Shown here: piece after piece, positions 20,067 to 30,641 of the stretch | Numbering within the stretch: position 1 is the stretch's first letter | How the letters are laid out: every line of letters begins with the position of its first letter | From: Candidatus Bathyarchaeota archaeon | Lineage (GTDB): Archaea; Thermoproteota; Bathyarchaeia; Bathyarchaeales; Bathycorpusculaceae | Length of the DNA stretch: 64,000 nt | Reading direction: 5' to 3' | Assembly: GCA_963775685.1 (NCBI GenBank) | Contig: CAVZJV010000001.1 | Span: 1-64,000, forward strand | Made by a program: the position numbers and the translations under genes | The notes under the pieces: model-generated | Database searches by the model: none | Told to the model about the DNA's origin: nothing | Seen by the model: the letters and a program-made list of their open reading frames with translations, nothing else

Positions 20067-20650
20067 TGCTTCTTTGCCTCCAGAAAGTTTTTGATTATGA
20101 GTTTGCCGTCTTGGCAAAGGATGGATTCAGGGTGGAATTGTACGCCATAAATGGGGTATTTTGTGTGGCGTATGCCCATGATTTCGCCATCGTCGACGGC
20201 TTCAGCGGTAATCTCCAAACAGGCAGGAATAGAATCGCGTTCGCCAGCAAGAGAATGATACCTTGTTGCAGTCATTGGGTTGCGGACACCTGTAAAGATT
20301 GCTTTTTGATTGTGTTTTATTGTGCAGGTTTTTCCATGCATCAGTTTTTTGGCGTGAACGACTCTACCACCGTATGTGTGGATGATTCCTTGGTGTCCAA
20401 GGCAAACACCCAAGGTTGGTATGATTGGACTTAGCGTTTGCAAGATCGCTTTGCATACGCCAAAGAATTTGGCGTCCTCAGGATTGCCGGGTCCTGGAGA
20501 TATGACGATACGGTCTGGCTTGATTTTATTGGCTTCAGATAGGGTGATTTGATCGTTTCGGTAAACCACGGTTTCTGCGCCTAATTCACCTATGTATTGG
20601 ACAAGGTTGTAGACGAACGAATCATAATTGTCGATTACTAAGACTTTCAT
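20063..20650 (-). CDS. trpG: Anthranilate synthase glutamine amidotransferase subunit
   Basis: IDNYDSF, SPGPG, GVCLGHQ, RYHSL, QFHPES. Confidence 0.95.
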   Translation of the reverse strand: MKVLVIDNYDSFVYNLVQYIGELGAETVVYRNDQITLSEANKIKPDRIVISPGPGNPEDAKFFGVCKAILQTLSPIIPTLGVCLGHQGIIHTYGGRVVHAKKLMHGKTCTIKHNQKAIFTGVRNPMTATRYHSLAGERDSIPACLEITAEAVDDGEIMGIRHTKYPIYGVQFHPESILCQDGKLIIKNFLEAKKQ

Positions 20651-22077
20651 GGTTTTTTGCTTCCTGTAGCATGTTCAAGTGATTTCATGAGGGCTTTGGC
20701 TTTGTGGTCGGTTTCAAACCACTCTTTCTCTGGCACTGAATCAGCAACTATGCCTGCACCGACTTGAATGTAAGCTTGATTACCCTCCGAGAATAGTGTT
20801 CGGATGGTTATTGCAAAGTCAGAGTTGCCGTTGCAGCTGAAATAGCCGACAGCACCAGCATAAGGTCCACGACGCGTTGGTTCAAGTTCCTCAATGATTT
20901 CCATGGCACGGACTTTTGGTGCGCCTGAAACCGTACCTGCAGGAAATACCGCTTTTAAGGCATCGTAACTTTCTAAGCCTTCTTGCAAATCGCCGACCAC
21001 TTGGGAAACGATGTGTTGGACATGGCTGAATTGGTGAACCTGCATAAACTCGGGAACGGTGACGCTGCCATACTTGCTGATTCTACCCAGATCATTCCTT
21101 GCCAAATCAACCAGCATAACATGTTCAGCGCGCTCTTTTTGGTCTTTTAGCAGTTCCCTGCCAAGTCGCAGGTTTTCTTTTTGATCTGTCGTGACGGGTG
21201 TGGTACCTGCAATTGGGAAAGTGATAACCCTTCTGTTGTCCACGCGAACCAGCATTTCTGGGCTGGCCCCGACGATTTGGCGTTTGTTTGATTTGTAGTA
21301 GAACATGTAGGGTGAAGGGTTGATGTGACGTAGGCTTTTGTAGAAAGTCAGTAGACTGCCGCCGTATTGGAAATGGAAACGTTTGGAGAGGACAACTTGA
21401 AATATGTCTCCTGCTGTAACGTACTGCTTGGCTTTTTCGACGGCTTTCTGGAAATCTTCTTTTGCAATGTTGACCGACGGCGCGGTGAAAGTAAATGGTT
21501 CTTCCTCTTTAGCTGGCTCTTTAAGCAAATCTTCAAGTTCCGTTATTCGGTTTTCTCTTCTAAAATAATAGTAAGCTTCATTTTGGGTGTGGTCAAAAAC
21601 AACGCCATCCTCAAAAATTCCCATCTCTACATCAGGAAACTGCAGTTCGTCTGGTTTCTGGCTAGGTAGTTTTTCAAAGTAGCGTACAGCATCGTAAGAT
21701 ATGTATCCTAATGCTCCACCCACAAAACGAAAGTCTACCATGTGGTTTTCGTAGGGTTGCAACTGCTCTTGGATGAGCTTGAGGGGGTTGTTGCTTTTGT
21801 GGGTGGTGGTTTGGTTGGTTTTGAGGTTTGTTATATTCACTGTGCCGTTTTTGGCTGTTATAGTGATTTTTGGGTCGAATCCTAAGAAAGAGTATTGGGC
21901 GAGTTTTTGGGGGCCTTCGGTGGATTCGAGGAGATATGTGGTTTTATATTTTTGGTGGAGTTTTGAGAATATTTCTATGGGTTGGTTTGTGTAGTTAAAT
22001 TTGATGTAGTTTAGTGGGTTGACTGTAGTTTGTGTTTGTGTTGGCGTTTTGCCAAATGCGATTCCCCATTGTGTCAT
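20647..22077 (-). CDS. trpE: Anthranilate synthase component I
   Basis: LLES, NPSPYM, ASPE, AEHVMLVDLARND, PAGTVSGAPK, GAGIVADS. Confidence 0.93.
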   Translation of the reverse strand: MTQWGIAFGKTPTQTQTTVNPLNYIKFNYTNQPIEIFSKLHQKYKTTYLLESTEGPQKLAQYSFLGFDPKITITAKNGTVNITNLKTNQTTTHKSNNPLKLIQEQLQPYENHMVDFRFVGGALGYISYDAVRYFEKLPSQKPDELQFPDVEMGIFEDGVVFDHTQNEAYYYFRRENRITELEDLLKEPAKEEEPFTFTAPSVNIAKEDFQKAVEKAKQYVTAGDIFQVVLSKRFHFQYGGSLLTFYKSLRHINPSPYMFYYKSNKRQIVGASPEMLVRVDNRRVITFPIAGTTPVTTDQKENLRLGRELLKDQKERAEHVMLVDLARNDLGRISKYGSVTVPEFMQVHQFSHVQHIVSQVVGDLQEGLESYDALKAVFPAGTVSGAPKVRAMEIIEELEPTRRGPYAGAVGYFSCNGNSDFAITIRTLFSEGNQAYIQVGAGIVADSVPEKEWFETDHKAKALMKSLEHATGSKKP

Positions 22078-22145
22078 GCTTCCTTATAGTTCAGAAGCAT
22101 ACTGAAATGTGCTATTTAAGGCTTATCTGTACAAAAATATACATA

Positions 22146-22466
22146 TTATTTGAGGACATCACCCAACCAACTCAAATAATCAGTTGAACCATCAACTATT
22201 GGAAGAGCCAAAACCTCAGGAACTTCATAACTATGCAACCCCTTCACACATTCAACCAATTCCGCGAACAAATCCTTGCGCGACTTCATCAAAACCAAAC
22301 ATTCCGCGCACTGGTCGATTTTGCCAGACCAACGAAAAAAAGAAGTAACGGGATTAACGATGTTGGCGCATGCAATCAGCTTCTTTTCAAGGAGAACTTG
22401 AGCGATTTTTTCCGCTTCTGCATTACTTGTGGTTGTGACTAAAACTATGATATATTTAATACTCAT
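22146..22466 (-). CDS. cutA: Divalent-cation tolerance protein CutA
   Basis: LIACAN, S.F.W.G.I, LHSYEVPE. Confidence 0.9.
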   Translation of the reverse strand: MSIKYIIVLVTTTSNAEAEKIAQVLLEKKLIACANIVNPVTSFFRWSGKIDQCAECLVLMKSRKDLFAELVECVKGLHSYEVPEVLALPIVDGSTDYLSWLGDVLK

Positions 22467-22588
22467 TGAATTCCCTGTAATAATTTATTTTTAGACCTAA
22501 AAAAACTTGTCATCCAACATTTTTTAACCAGGGTTGACACATTTAAATTTCCCCGAGATTTATTATTAAGCGTAATGAGGCGAAACTT

Positions 22589-23089
22589 TTGAAGGAACAA
22601 CAAATCAAAATCCTAAAAACGATGAACGAAGCTACAAACCGCATGGACCTAACCATGTTCGCACAAGCAGTAAACCTAAACCCAAACCAAGCCATAGTTG
22701 AAGTGCAGCAACTTGCATCGGAAGGCTTTTTGCGCAAGGTAGGCGGAGGATTCGGGTTAACTGAAAAAGGCAAAAATACCCTTAAAATTTTCGCATCTGT
22801 TCCCAGTGAGATGGTTTTTCATTTTTACGTTGGCGTTGATAAGCCATTGGGTTTTTCTGCGCAGTCGCTTGAGGAGTTTTATCGGTACATAAAACAGGTC
22901 ACATCTGATTCGTTAGAGTTTCATCTTTATAGGGGGGACTTTGAGAATTGGCTAAGAGAAGTCTGCAAAGACACAGAGTTGGCTAAAGTTGTTGGATCAT
23001 TTAAAGCCGATGCGTTAAAGGGCGAAGAACTCAGAAAAGCATTCCTTAAAGCCATAGATGAAAAGTATGGTGTTGGTGAACTACTTTAG
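22589..23089 (+). CDS. Winged-helix plus DUF5752-like domain protein
   Basis: N-terminal wHTH (G.L...GG.F.LTEKG); C-terminal FHFY...SLEEF...SLEFHL.RGDFENW. Confidence 0.65.
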   Translation: MKEQQIKILKTMNEATNRMDLTMFAQAVNLNPNQAIVEVQQLASEGFLRKVGGGFGLTEKGKNTLKIFASVPSEMVFHFYVGVDKPLGFSAQSLEEFYRYIKQVTSDSLEFHLYRGDFENWLREVCKDTELAKVVGSFKADALKGEELRKAFLKAIDEKYGVGELL

Positions 23090-23553
23090 GTTTTTTCCTT
23101 TGCCTCATTAAGTTTTTTCCACCAGTCAGGAACTTTAGCGTTTTCTGCAACATCCCAAGAGTCGTAGGGCTTTATGTCTAAAATAGGGGTTTCATCGAAT
23201 GCATCCAAACCCTTCACCGTCAAAACGTTACCTTCTACTTTGACCAGTTCAACCAATGTTAATCCGATGGGGTTGGGTCGCAACATGGTTCTAACTGCGA
23301 AAACGCCTGTCAAGGGCAAGTCTTGTCTGCCTCTTGGATGAACCTGCAAAGTTTTTTGTTGCTCAGGAGTGACTTGGTGTAGATAGAAGAGCACAAATAA
23401 ATGAGAGTACGCAGATATGCCAGTTAGACCCTCAGTCAACTCGTCACTCAGAACAATCTGAGAAATTAACGTTTTATCCTTGACTTCATCGTCAACGGCA
23501 CTGGTTTTAACGTGTCCTATGGGCTTTAAAACAATTTTTTCCTTCGTTGACAT
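23086..23553 (-). CDS. tsaA: tRNA (N6-threonylcarbamoyladenosine-N6)-methyltransferase TrmO/TsaA
   Basis: LKPIG, GVFA.R...RPNPIGL, GLDAFDETPILDIKPY. Confidence 0.88.
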   Translation of the reverse strand: MSTKEKIVLKPIGHVKTSAVDDEVKDKTLISQIVLSDELTEGLTGISAYSHLFVLFYLHQVTPEQQKTLQVHPRGRQDLPLTGVFAVRTMLRPNPIGLTLVELVKVEGNVLTVKGLDAFDETPILDIKPYDSWDVAENAKVPDWWKKLNEAKEKT

Positions 23554-23664
23554 CGACTGTTTCCTTGGTTTTAGTGGATTGTTAAAATATATAAGGGTTC
23601 GATTAGCTATGTTTTTTGATAAACCGTCTTAATATAGGCAAAAATTTGATGGTTGCTTAGAATC

Positions 23665-24168
23665 TCATTCAGCCAGGGTTTTTAGATAGTCCCAGATTTT
23701 GTCACTTACATAATGCAGAGTTTTAACTACTGGCCCTTTCTTGGTGTTTTTTGCAGTTTCTGTGTCAAACAAGCTTTCTCCCAACGCTAGAGCTTTGCCA
23801 TGCTTCATATCCGCGATTACAACGAGGTCGCCGATTTTGAATTCGCCGTCTATGCGCACAATACCAGGAGCCATCACTGTTGCACCCTTGCAAACATATG
23901 GGATAGCGCCCATGTCAACAATGATTTTTGGGGCTTTGGTGATGAAATCGCTAAAGAGCAGAGTGGGCAGAACTTTGTCGCCGGCTTTGTACAACAGGGG
24001 TTTGCCTTCGATTAGGTAGATTTCACCAACATCTGACTCCACAACTTCAACGTTTGCTTTAACACCAAAAAGCCCTTCTAAGTCAAAGTTTAGCTTTTTT
24101 GAGGTTGCATCTATGATTTGTTTTGCTTCTTTTGCTTTTAGCGGATATCGGCGTTGTTTTGTAGGCAT
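23665..24168 (-). CDS. PUA-domain RNA-binding protein (DUF1947/MCT-1-like)
   Basis: VDMGAIPYV.KGA.VMAPGI, KG..V.TLHYVSD.IW. Confidence 0.88.
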   Translation of the reverse strand: MPTKQRRYPLKAKEAKQIIDATSKKLNFDLEGLFGVKANVEVVESDVGEIYLIEGKPLLYKAGDKVLPTLLFSDFITKAPKIIVDMGAIPYVCKGATVMAPGIVRIDGEFKIGDLVVIADMKHGKALALGESLFDTETAKNTKKGPVVKTLHYVSDKIWDYLKTLAE

Positions 24169-24204
24169 ATTTAACCTTCACTAATGCGTTCCTGCTTGGT
24201 TATT

Positions 24205-24804
24205 TTAGCTTTTCTTAGCTGGTGCCGATGATTTTTTCTTGAAAAACCTTTCGGCAAGTTTGCGTAAATCTACTTTCAATAATATAACAGTAATGAGGAC
24301 AGTTAAGATTATTGAAGTCACCACCATGAGTTCGGGGCTTAACCAACCTGAAAACAGGTTGCTTGCCTCTTGCCCAATGAATGCTCCTGCAACTGCAATG
24401 GTGAGTTTGCCCAAAAAATACGCGGTGAAAAACTTTGCGGGATTGTACTTCAGTAGTCCAAGCGGAATAACGACTGGTTCATCGGGAAGCGGTGTAGCGG
24501 CAACCAGAAACAGCAGAGGCATAGCCCAGCGCTTTATTTTGGATGCGTCGGCATCAAGTCGTGCCTGTCTTTTTTGACTAAGATGCCCACTAACGAAGAA
24601 AGTTACCATGTAATGAATTCCCTTTGCTAAAGCTGCCGCCAAAGCGATGATTATCCCTATAAACACTAATGTCGCTGCATCCGCGTTTACTAAGCCAATA
24701 GCCGCCGTAGACGCTATTAACAGGTTTGATGGTCCAGCAAACGGTATCAAATTGAACCCAAAGGCAGTTAGAAAAATAATTACAATTTCAATTATCAATA
24801 CCAT
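24205..24804 (-). CDS. DedA/VTT-like membrane protein
   Basis: Multi-TM; AATPLPDE..VIPLGL.KY...KFF....LGK. Confidence 0.75.
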   Translation of the reverse strand: MVLIIEIVIIFLTAFGFNLIPFAGPSNLLIASTAAIGLVNADAATLVFIGIIIALAAALAKGIHYMVTFFVSGHLSQKRQARLDADASKIKRWAMPLLFLVAATPLPDEPVVIPLGLLKYNPAKFFTAYFLGKLTIAVAGAFIGQEASNLFSGWLSPELMVVTSIILTVLITVILLKVDLRKLAERFFKKKSSAPAKKS

Positions 24805-25813
24805 CTTTTGCTGCCTACTAGTCTTTCTGCAAAATTAGATGAACCACGCTTATAAGTTCACGTGCATAGTTAGTTCAGAATTGCACAACTGCGAAACTTG
24901 GATGACTCTGATGAAAAGGACATATGACCGATGTGGAGGGTCTTGTTGAGCTCATGGGTTGAGAGTTATCTGGAAGTGTTTGCTTTCAGTCAATAAGAAG
25001 AAGAAATGTTATTTTTGCAGAAATTTTCTGGGCTTTTTTGGTTTTGCTGCTGGGTGGATGACTGGTTTAAGTTAAGTTTAGGTTAAGTTGAGGTTTTTTG
25101 GTGAAGGAGGTGACTGTTAATTGTGGATAAGGAATTTGCGTAGGATAAGGGAGTTGGAGTTGTATGTAGCTGTTATTGCTAGGGCTTAGTTAAAGCGACA
25201 ACTGTAAGTTCCTCCGAAAGGAAAATACTAGAAATGATTTGTCTTTGTTTGATTGAAGAACAACATCAGTTGTTTTGGCGAAATTGGAGCGGTTTGTTTT
25301 GGGGTGGTTTTGTTGTTTGGGCTTTGAAAAGGCTTCAGGTTGAGGTTAGAAATGGCTAGGAATGGTAGGTGTTCTAGTTGCCGTTAACTGCGCATGTGAG
25401 TTTTAAGATACGGTTGCAGAAAGGAAATAGACTGTTTTGGAGCGTTGTTTTGTTGGCTAAAATCCTGAATAGCCCAAATGTTACTATAGAACCAAAAATG
25501 CTTGCTATGCAAAATTTTATGCCACCGCTCAACATTTAATTTTTTTGGGCAAGCATCATGCAAGGTTGTAAAACCAGAGATTAGAACGATTGCCCAGCGA
25601 TCCACGTTCAACAAGACGCAAGCATTCGGTGATATTAAGAAGAAATTGCCTTGCTGGCGTGGCTCGCTGAGCTTTCTTTCATAGTTCTGCTAAATCACTC
25701 AACTATGTATGTGGTCAAAGTGCTCTTAAGGCTTAGCTAAATAATCTATATAGAGTATTGTTTTGCATCTAAGAAGAATGAGCTGTCATTTAGGCAAGAA
25801 TGCCGTTTGTTGT

Positions 25814-26429
25814 CTAAACATTTTCTCCGCCTGTGACAGTGACACTAAAGTACACTGAAACTAGAAGAATCAAAATCATGCTTGCTATTGCACTAACAAA
25901 TGACAAAATTACCGCTAAGCCAAAGAAGAATAGCGCAACCAAGTATTCACGAGCCACACGGTTGATTTGGCTTTGAGGAACATTTTCACTGATCAGATTG
26001 TGGTGGTGTGAGGCATTATGCCAGAGTATATTCCAAACAAGACCAAGGAAAAAGAATGAGATAGAATATGCGGCAGCTGCTATGTTTGCATCACTTGAGA
26101 GCAGATGCTCAGAAACTAATAAAGTGGTGAAAGGAGTTATCACAACAACCAAGAGAAGTAACCCGTTAAGAAGCATAAGTTCTCTGCTAACTCGTTTGAT
26201 GTAGTTAAACATGTTGTGGTGATTAATCCACATAACAAGGATATTCATGAAGCTGGCAGCTAAAGCAAAGAACGCAGGCCACTCACTCAAAAGCCCTCCA
26301 AGCAAAAGCACTCCCGCGGGTCGTAGGGTCATAGAGGTTTAGGACAAGCAAAGTTATCGCAAAAGCAAAAACGCCATCGCTGAAAGTTTCAAGACGCTCA
26401 GTGCCCCGCTCACGAAAAACAAAACCCAT
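25814..26429 (-). CDS. TMEM175-family (DUF1211) potassium channel, frameshifted near 26310
   Basis: RLETFSDGVFAFAITLLVL and W.NHH.MF, PFTT motifs split over two frames. Confidence 0.85.
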
Positions 26430-26855
26430 AAAAAACCAACCTTTGCGATGTCTGACATAAACCAGAACTATATTAAAAATACTCGCTTTCTCAGTATTCT
26501 CCCATCTATCATTCACAATTTAAGTGAGCAAGCTCGTAGATCAGAATTAGAGATACAGTATTATGTATTTTTTATTTTTTTTTTAAAATATTTGTAAAGT
26601 GAAAGAATAAACTAATCTGACCATCAACTTTCGGGCATAAGATTTGACAAGGTCATTTAAAGGAAGTTCTTGCTATATAGATTCTGTTTTGACTATAATC
26701 TATTTTGAAATGTTACATAAGCAAATTCAAGCAATGTTTTATTTGGTGACGCAGTTGCAAAAAAAGAAAAACCTAAACAAGAAGAGAAAAATCAAGGCGA
26801 CAAACCATTCTTTTTTCGGCGAATTTAAATTTTTAAAGTATAACGAGGAGAGAAG

Positions 26856-26990
26856 ATGAGCGACAAAACAGAAACAAAGGGTTGCAATTCGGAATTGTTT
26901 GACTGGATGTTAGCAATCGATTTTGACCCCGCAGAATGCAAATGTTCAAGAAAAACCGCCAACTTGATCGCTAACCTCTTGTCCTTATAA
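26856..26990 (+). CDS. Micro-ORF, 44 aa (MSDKTETKGCNSELFDWMLAIDFDPAECKCSRKTANLIANLLSL)
   Basis: TTTAAA boxes and GAGGAG upstream of ATG; otherwise empty intergenic space. Confidence 0.5.
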   Translation: MSDKTETKGCNSELFDWMLAIDFDPAECKCSRKTANLIANLLSL

Positions 26991-27159
26991 GCGGAACCAA
27001 AGTGGCACTTATTTTTCTATTACAAACAACTTTGCAATAATTTTCTGTCCAATCTTCATCTCGAACGACATGCAACAGAAAACCCACACGCATCACTGTA
27101 AAATTGCTATAGTAGTTTGAAAACCAATCATTTTAAACACCAAAGATAAAGAGATAACT

Positions 27160-27701
27160 ATGAAAGAAACAGAAGTCAAAATACTCGAAATCAACAGAGC
27201 GAAAATAGAAAAAACTTTAACTGGTCTTAACGCCAAAAAAATATTTAACGGTAACATCCAAACCCTATTTTTTGACTTCAAAGACAGGTCAATGAGTAAA
27301 CAAGGAAAACTGCTACGCCTAAGAAAAAATGCACAAAAAACCGAATTAACATACAAAAAAGTCAAGCATACCAAAATTGTAAAAATAGCAGAAGAATATT
27401 CAGTAGAAATCTCGAACATGGAAACGATGGCGCAAATTCTACAGAATTTAGGATTAAGTGTAACGGAAAAAATGGAAAAATACAGACTCAGCTACAAGAT
27501 AGATAATGCCCAATTTGACATCGATCATTATACTGGTAACTATGCATTTGTTCCCGAATTTCTGGAAATTGAAGCTGAAAACATTGACCAAATCCATAAG
27601 TATGCACGACTATTGGGCTTCAATCCTAAAGATTGCCTTCCTTGGTCAACAGAAGAACTAATTCAGCATTACTCGAGCAAGAAAAAAGCAGAAAAAAATA
27701 G
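27160..27701 (+). CDS. CYTH-domain protein (class IV adenylate cyclase/triphosphatase family)
   Basis: ETEVK, LRLR, LTYK, EKYR, FLEIE; natural stop TAG ~27699 is missed by one base in an A run, so the track ORF over-extends to 27996. Confidence 0.85.
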
Positions 27702-27704
27702 ACC

Positions 27705-28166
27705 CTATTTTGCTTTTTTAGTTAGCTTACGAGAACTTGAGCCAGCAACAGATTTAACTATCTTAGGCGATACTGATTTTTTAGCAGGTTTCTTTGAGAC
27801 ATTCCAAGAAGGATATTCACCGTGTTCCTTCTTGAAACTTTCCAGAAGTTCCTGTTGCAATAATTGCGGGTGCTCACTTACCATCCAGCTGATAACCACT
27901 TTTTCCAGAAATCCTTCATTAAGCAACATTGAATTTATTTTTCTGGCTGCTTTGCCTCCATATCCTGCTAGGTATCCTCCGAAAACCCTTCTATGAGGTT
28001 TCTTTGATTTGCCAATGTATAAAATGTCTGATGTTGGTTTTCCTGTGAGGGAAGAGTCGGCTAGAACCAAAACGCTGCTTTTATCGTTAGTCAGAGATGA
28101 AAAGGAAAGTGATTTTATCGGAACAAATTCAACAAAGCCGTTTTCTTTGAGAGTGAGAGAATTCAT
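27705..28166 (-). CDS. Hypothetical protein with degenerate GIY-YIG-like core and Lys-rich tail
   Basis: ILYIGKS....RR, L...F...HG.YP.WN, C-terminal K/S-rich tail. Confidence 0.55.
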   Translation of the reverse strand: MNSLTLKENGFVEFVPIKSLSFSSLTNDKSSVLVLADSSLTGKPTSDILYIGKSKKPHRRVFGGYLAGYGGKAARKINSMLLNEGFLEKVVISWMVSEHPQLLQQELLESFKKEHGEYPSWNVSKKPAKKSVSPKIVKSVAGSSSRKLTKKAK

Positions 28167-28499
28167 ACTCTTTTATTAATGGGAAGCAAAATTTAACCTT
28201 TCCTTAATAGTCTATGGCCAACTATATAGTCTATTTTCGAAGCCTTTAATTGGGGGAGGTTGTTTTCAATAAAAACCTGTGAGTTGGAATGAACAAAAAA
28301 GTTCCGCTTTTCGAATATGAATCATTTGTAGTTCGCAAACCAAAATGCATAGAAATCCGCGATTCGTTAAGGAAGCGCGAACGCTGACTTCAAATATTTC
28401 TATTATGGCAAAGATTTTTTTAGAATGTTTCCTTTATAATATCCAACCGTTATTATTTCTATCATGAAATAGCCATCACCATAAATAGACATAAAACAA

Positions 28500-30641
28500 T
28501 TGGTAGAGATTTTGATAACCACAAATAACCCTGAGTCTAATACAAACATTGTCTTAAACCAGAAAAAACTGTCAGATAATCCGAGCTATTTTCTTAATAG
28601 GGAACTTAGCTGGATACGTTTTAACGCTCGAGTTCTAGAAGAGGCACGTGACCTGTGGCATCCCTTGCTGGAGAGAGTTAAATTTATCGCGATCTGTGGA
28701 AGCAACCTTGACGAGTTCTTTATGACGCGTGTGGCTCGGCTTATAAAAAAAGTCAAAACGGGATCTGACGAAAAATCCATGGATGGAATGAGCTTCATTG
28801 AACAAATTGACGCAACGCGCAAGGAAATAATTCCATTAGTTGACAAACATTCAGAGTGCTGGAGAACCGACCTTATTCCCGCTTTAGCGAAAGAAGATAT
28901 CTACATTAGGTCCTATAATGATTTACCAGAAGAAGATAAGAAGAACTTGAGGGAATTACTCAAGACAACTATTACTCCATCGATCAGAGTGCCTAAAGTA
29001 GGTTTTGAAAGCATATTAATCGAGAATCTGCATGTAATCTTGTATATATCAGGATTTCAAAATCACCCAAACTTCTGCATTTTGCTTGATGTCCCCTCTG
29101 AAAAATTTGGAAGACTAATAAGCATTCCAAAAAGAGGACACCTTACGGAAGCCAAGGAAAACAACCATTTTGTATTCCTGGAAGATTTGATGTCGAACAA
29201 CTTGGACATTATTTTTCCAGCTGAAAAAAACCTAACCGCCTATCCCTTCAGGTTAACGCGGAATGGCGAAATAGATATCCTGATGGATGAGTCTTCGGAC
29301 TTTCTTAACTTAGTACAAAAAAGCATTTCCACCCGGAAAGTCGGGTTTCCAACTAGACTTGAGATTGACAAGAAAATGCCCAGCCAAATAAAGGAAGTTA
29401 TTGCCAAAAAGTTGGGCTTGCCAAACCATTTAACGTACGACCTTGATGGACCACTTGGGCTTGTTGACCTTTGGCAACTTCTGAAAATAAATCGCCCAAA
29501 ACTGAAAGACCAAAGTTTTCTACCGTGCATTTCTCCTTTGTTGCTCTCAGAAAATAATATTTTTGGAACTATTGCTAAACAAGACTTCGTACTCTATCAT
29601 CCCTATGACGGCTTTGGAGTGATTGTTGATTTACTAGAACAAGCCGGTTTGGATAGTGATGTTTCAGATATCTGTATCACTATGTATCGGATGGATCATA
29701 AATCGCCGATTGTTGATGCGTTAATGGAGGCTGCCCAGAATGGCAAAAAAGTAACGGCTATAGTTGAGTTAAAAGCTAAATTTGACGAAGAAAACAACAT
29801 CCTTTTGGTCTCAAAACTTCGAAGTGGCGGCGTAAACACCGTTTATAATTTTCCAAGGTTTAAGGTTCATGCGAAACTTTGCTTAATCGTTAGGAAAGAA
29901 AAAACTGGAGTTGTCAGGTACTCGCATATTGGCTCAGGCAACTATAATGCTGTGACAGCGAAAATTTATGGAGATATTGGATACCTTACAGCCAACGCTG
30001 AAGTGGGTTTAGAGCTTGAAGATTTATTCAATGCAATAATCAATGGGCTTCAAGAGAAAGAATCCAAGCATCTGCTTGTGGCTCCGAAAACTTTGAAAAG
30101 AGAAATTCTTAGGCGAATTGATAGGGAAATAAGTTTTCATCAAAAAACTGGCAAAGGCTACTTGGCTTTTAAACTCAACAATCTAGAAGAAAAAGGAATC
30201 ATTCAAGCGCTATACAAGGCATCGATGGCGGGAGTCAAAATTGACCTTAATGTTCGAGGTTTATGTTGTTTGAAACCAGGAATTAAGGGAATAAGTGACA
30301 ATATTTCAGTGATATCCATCGTGGGACGCTTTCTTGAACACGCCCGCATATATTACTTCAAAGATGGAATTGAAGATGAAGTTCTCGTGGGCAGTTCAGA
30401 TTTGATGTTTAGAAACCTTAACGAGCGGATCGAAGTTCTGTTGTCTGTGCCAGACCCTAAACTGCGGCAAGCCATCTTTGAAGATATGCTAAAAATTCAT
30501 CTTCAAGACAATGTTAAAGCAAGACGATTACTTCCGGACGGAACCTATGAGAGAGTCAGAATTAAAGAAAACGAAAAACCAATAAACTCTCAAACTTGGC
30601 TCATTCTAAACAGAGGCATTTGGAATGAACGAATCAAATAG
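28500..30641 (+). CDS. ppk1: Polyphosphate kinase 1
   Basis: NRELSW..FNARVL, SNLDEFFM.RVA, VELKAKFDEENN, KVHAKL, GSGNYN, GRFLEHARI. Confidence 0.96.
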   Translation: MVEILITTNNPESNTNIVLNQKKLSDNPSYFLNRELSWIRFNARVLEEARDLWHPLLERVKFIAICGSNLDEFFMTRVARLIKKVKTGSDEKSMDGMSFIEQIDATRKEIIPLVDKHSECWRTDLIPALAKEDIYIRSYNDLPEEDKKNLRELLKTTITPSIRVPKVGFESILIENLHVILYISGFQNHPNFCILLDVPSEKFGRLISIPKRGHLTEAKENNHFVFLEDLMSNNLDIIFPAEKNLTAYPFRLTRNGEIDILMDESSDFLNLVQKSISTRKVGFPTRLEIDKKMPSQIKEVIAKKLGLPNHLTYDLDGPLGLVDLWQLLKINRPKLKDQSFLPCISPLLLSENNIFGTIAKQDFVLYHPYDGFGVIVDLLEQAGLDSDVSDICITMYRMDHKSPIVDALMEAAQNGKKVTAIVELKAKFDEENNILLVSKLRSGGVNTVYNFPRFKVHAKLCLIVRKEKTGVVRYSHIGSGNYNAVTAKIYGDIGYLTANAEVGLELEDLFNAIINGLQEKESKHLLVAPKTLKREILRRIDREISFHQKTGKGYLAFKLNNLEEKGIIQALYKASMAGVKIDLNVRGLCCLKPGIKGISDNISVISIVGRFLEHARIYYFKDGIEDEVLVGSSDLMFRNLNERIEVLLSVPDPKLRQAIFEDMLKIHLQDNVKARRLLPDGTYERVRIKENEKPINSQTWLILNRGIWNERIK

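Noticed and set aside
24885-24965. CGAAAC...CTGATGA resembling a hammerhead core or C/D box RNA
   Set aside because: Only 10 nt between the motifs, no supporting stems and no clean CTGA D box
25106-25188. Perfect GGAGGTGA followed by a 22-codon TTG ORF
   Set aside because: Lies in a G/T-rich tract where such matches arise by chance; no other support
27702-27996. Long antisense overlap between the CYTH ORF and the opposite gene
   Set aside because: A one-base shift in an A run skips a TAG at ~27699; the extension is not CYTH-like
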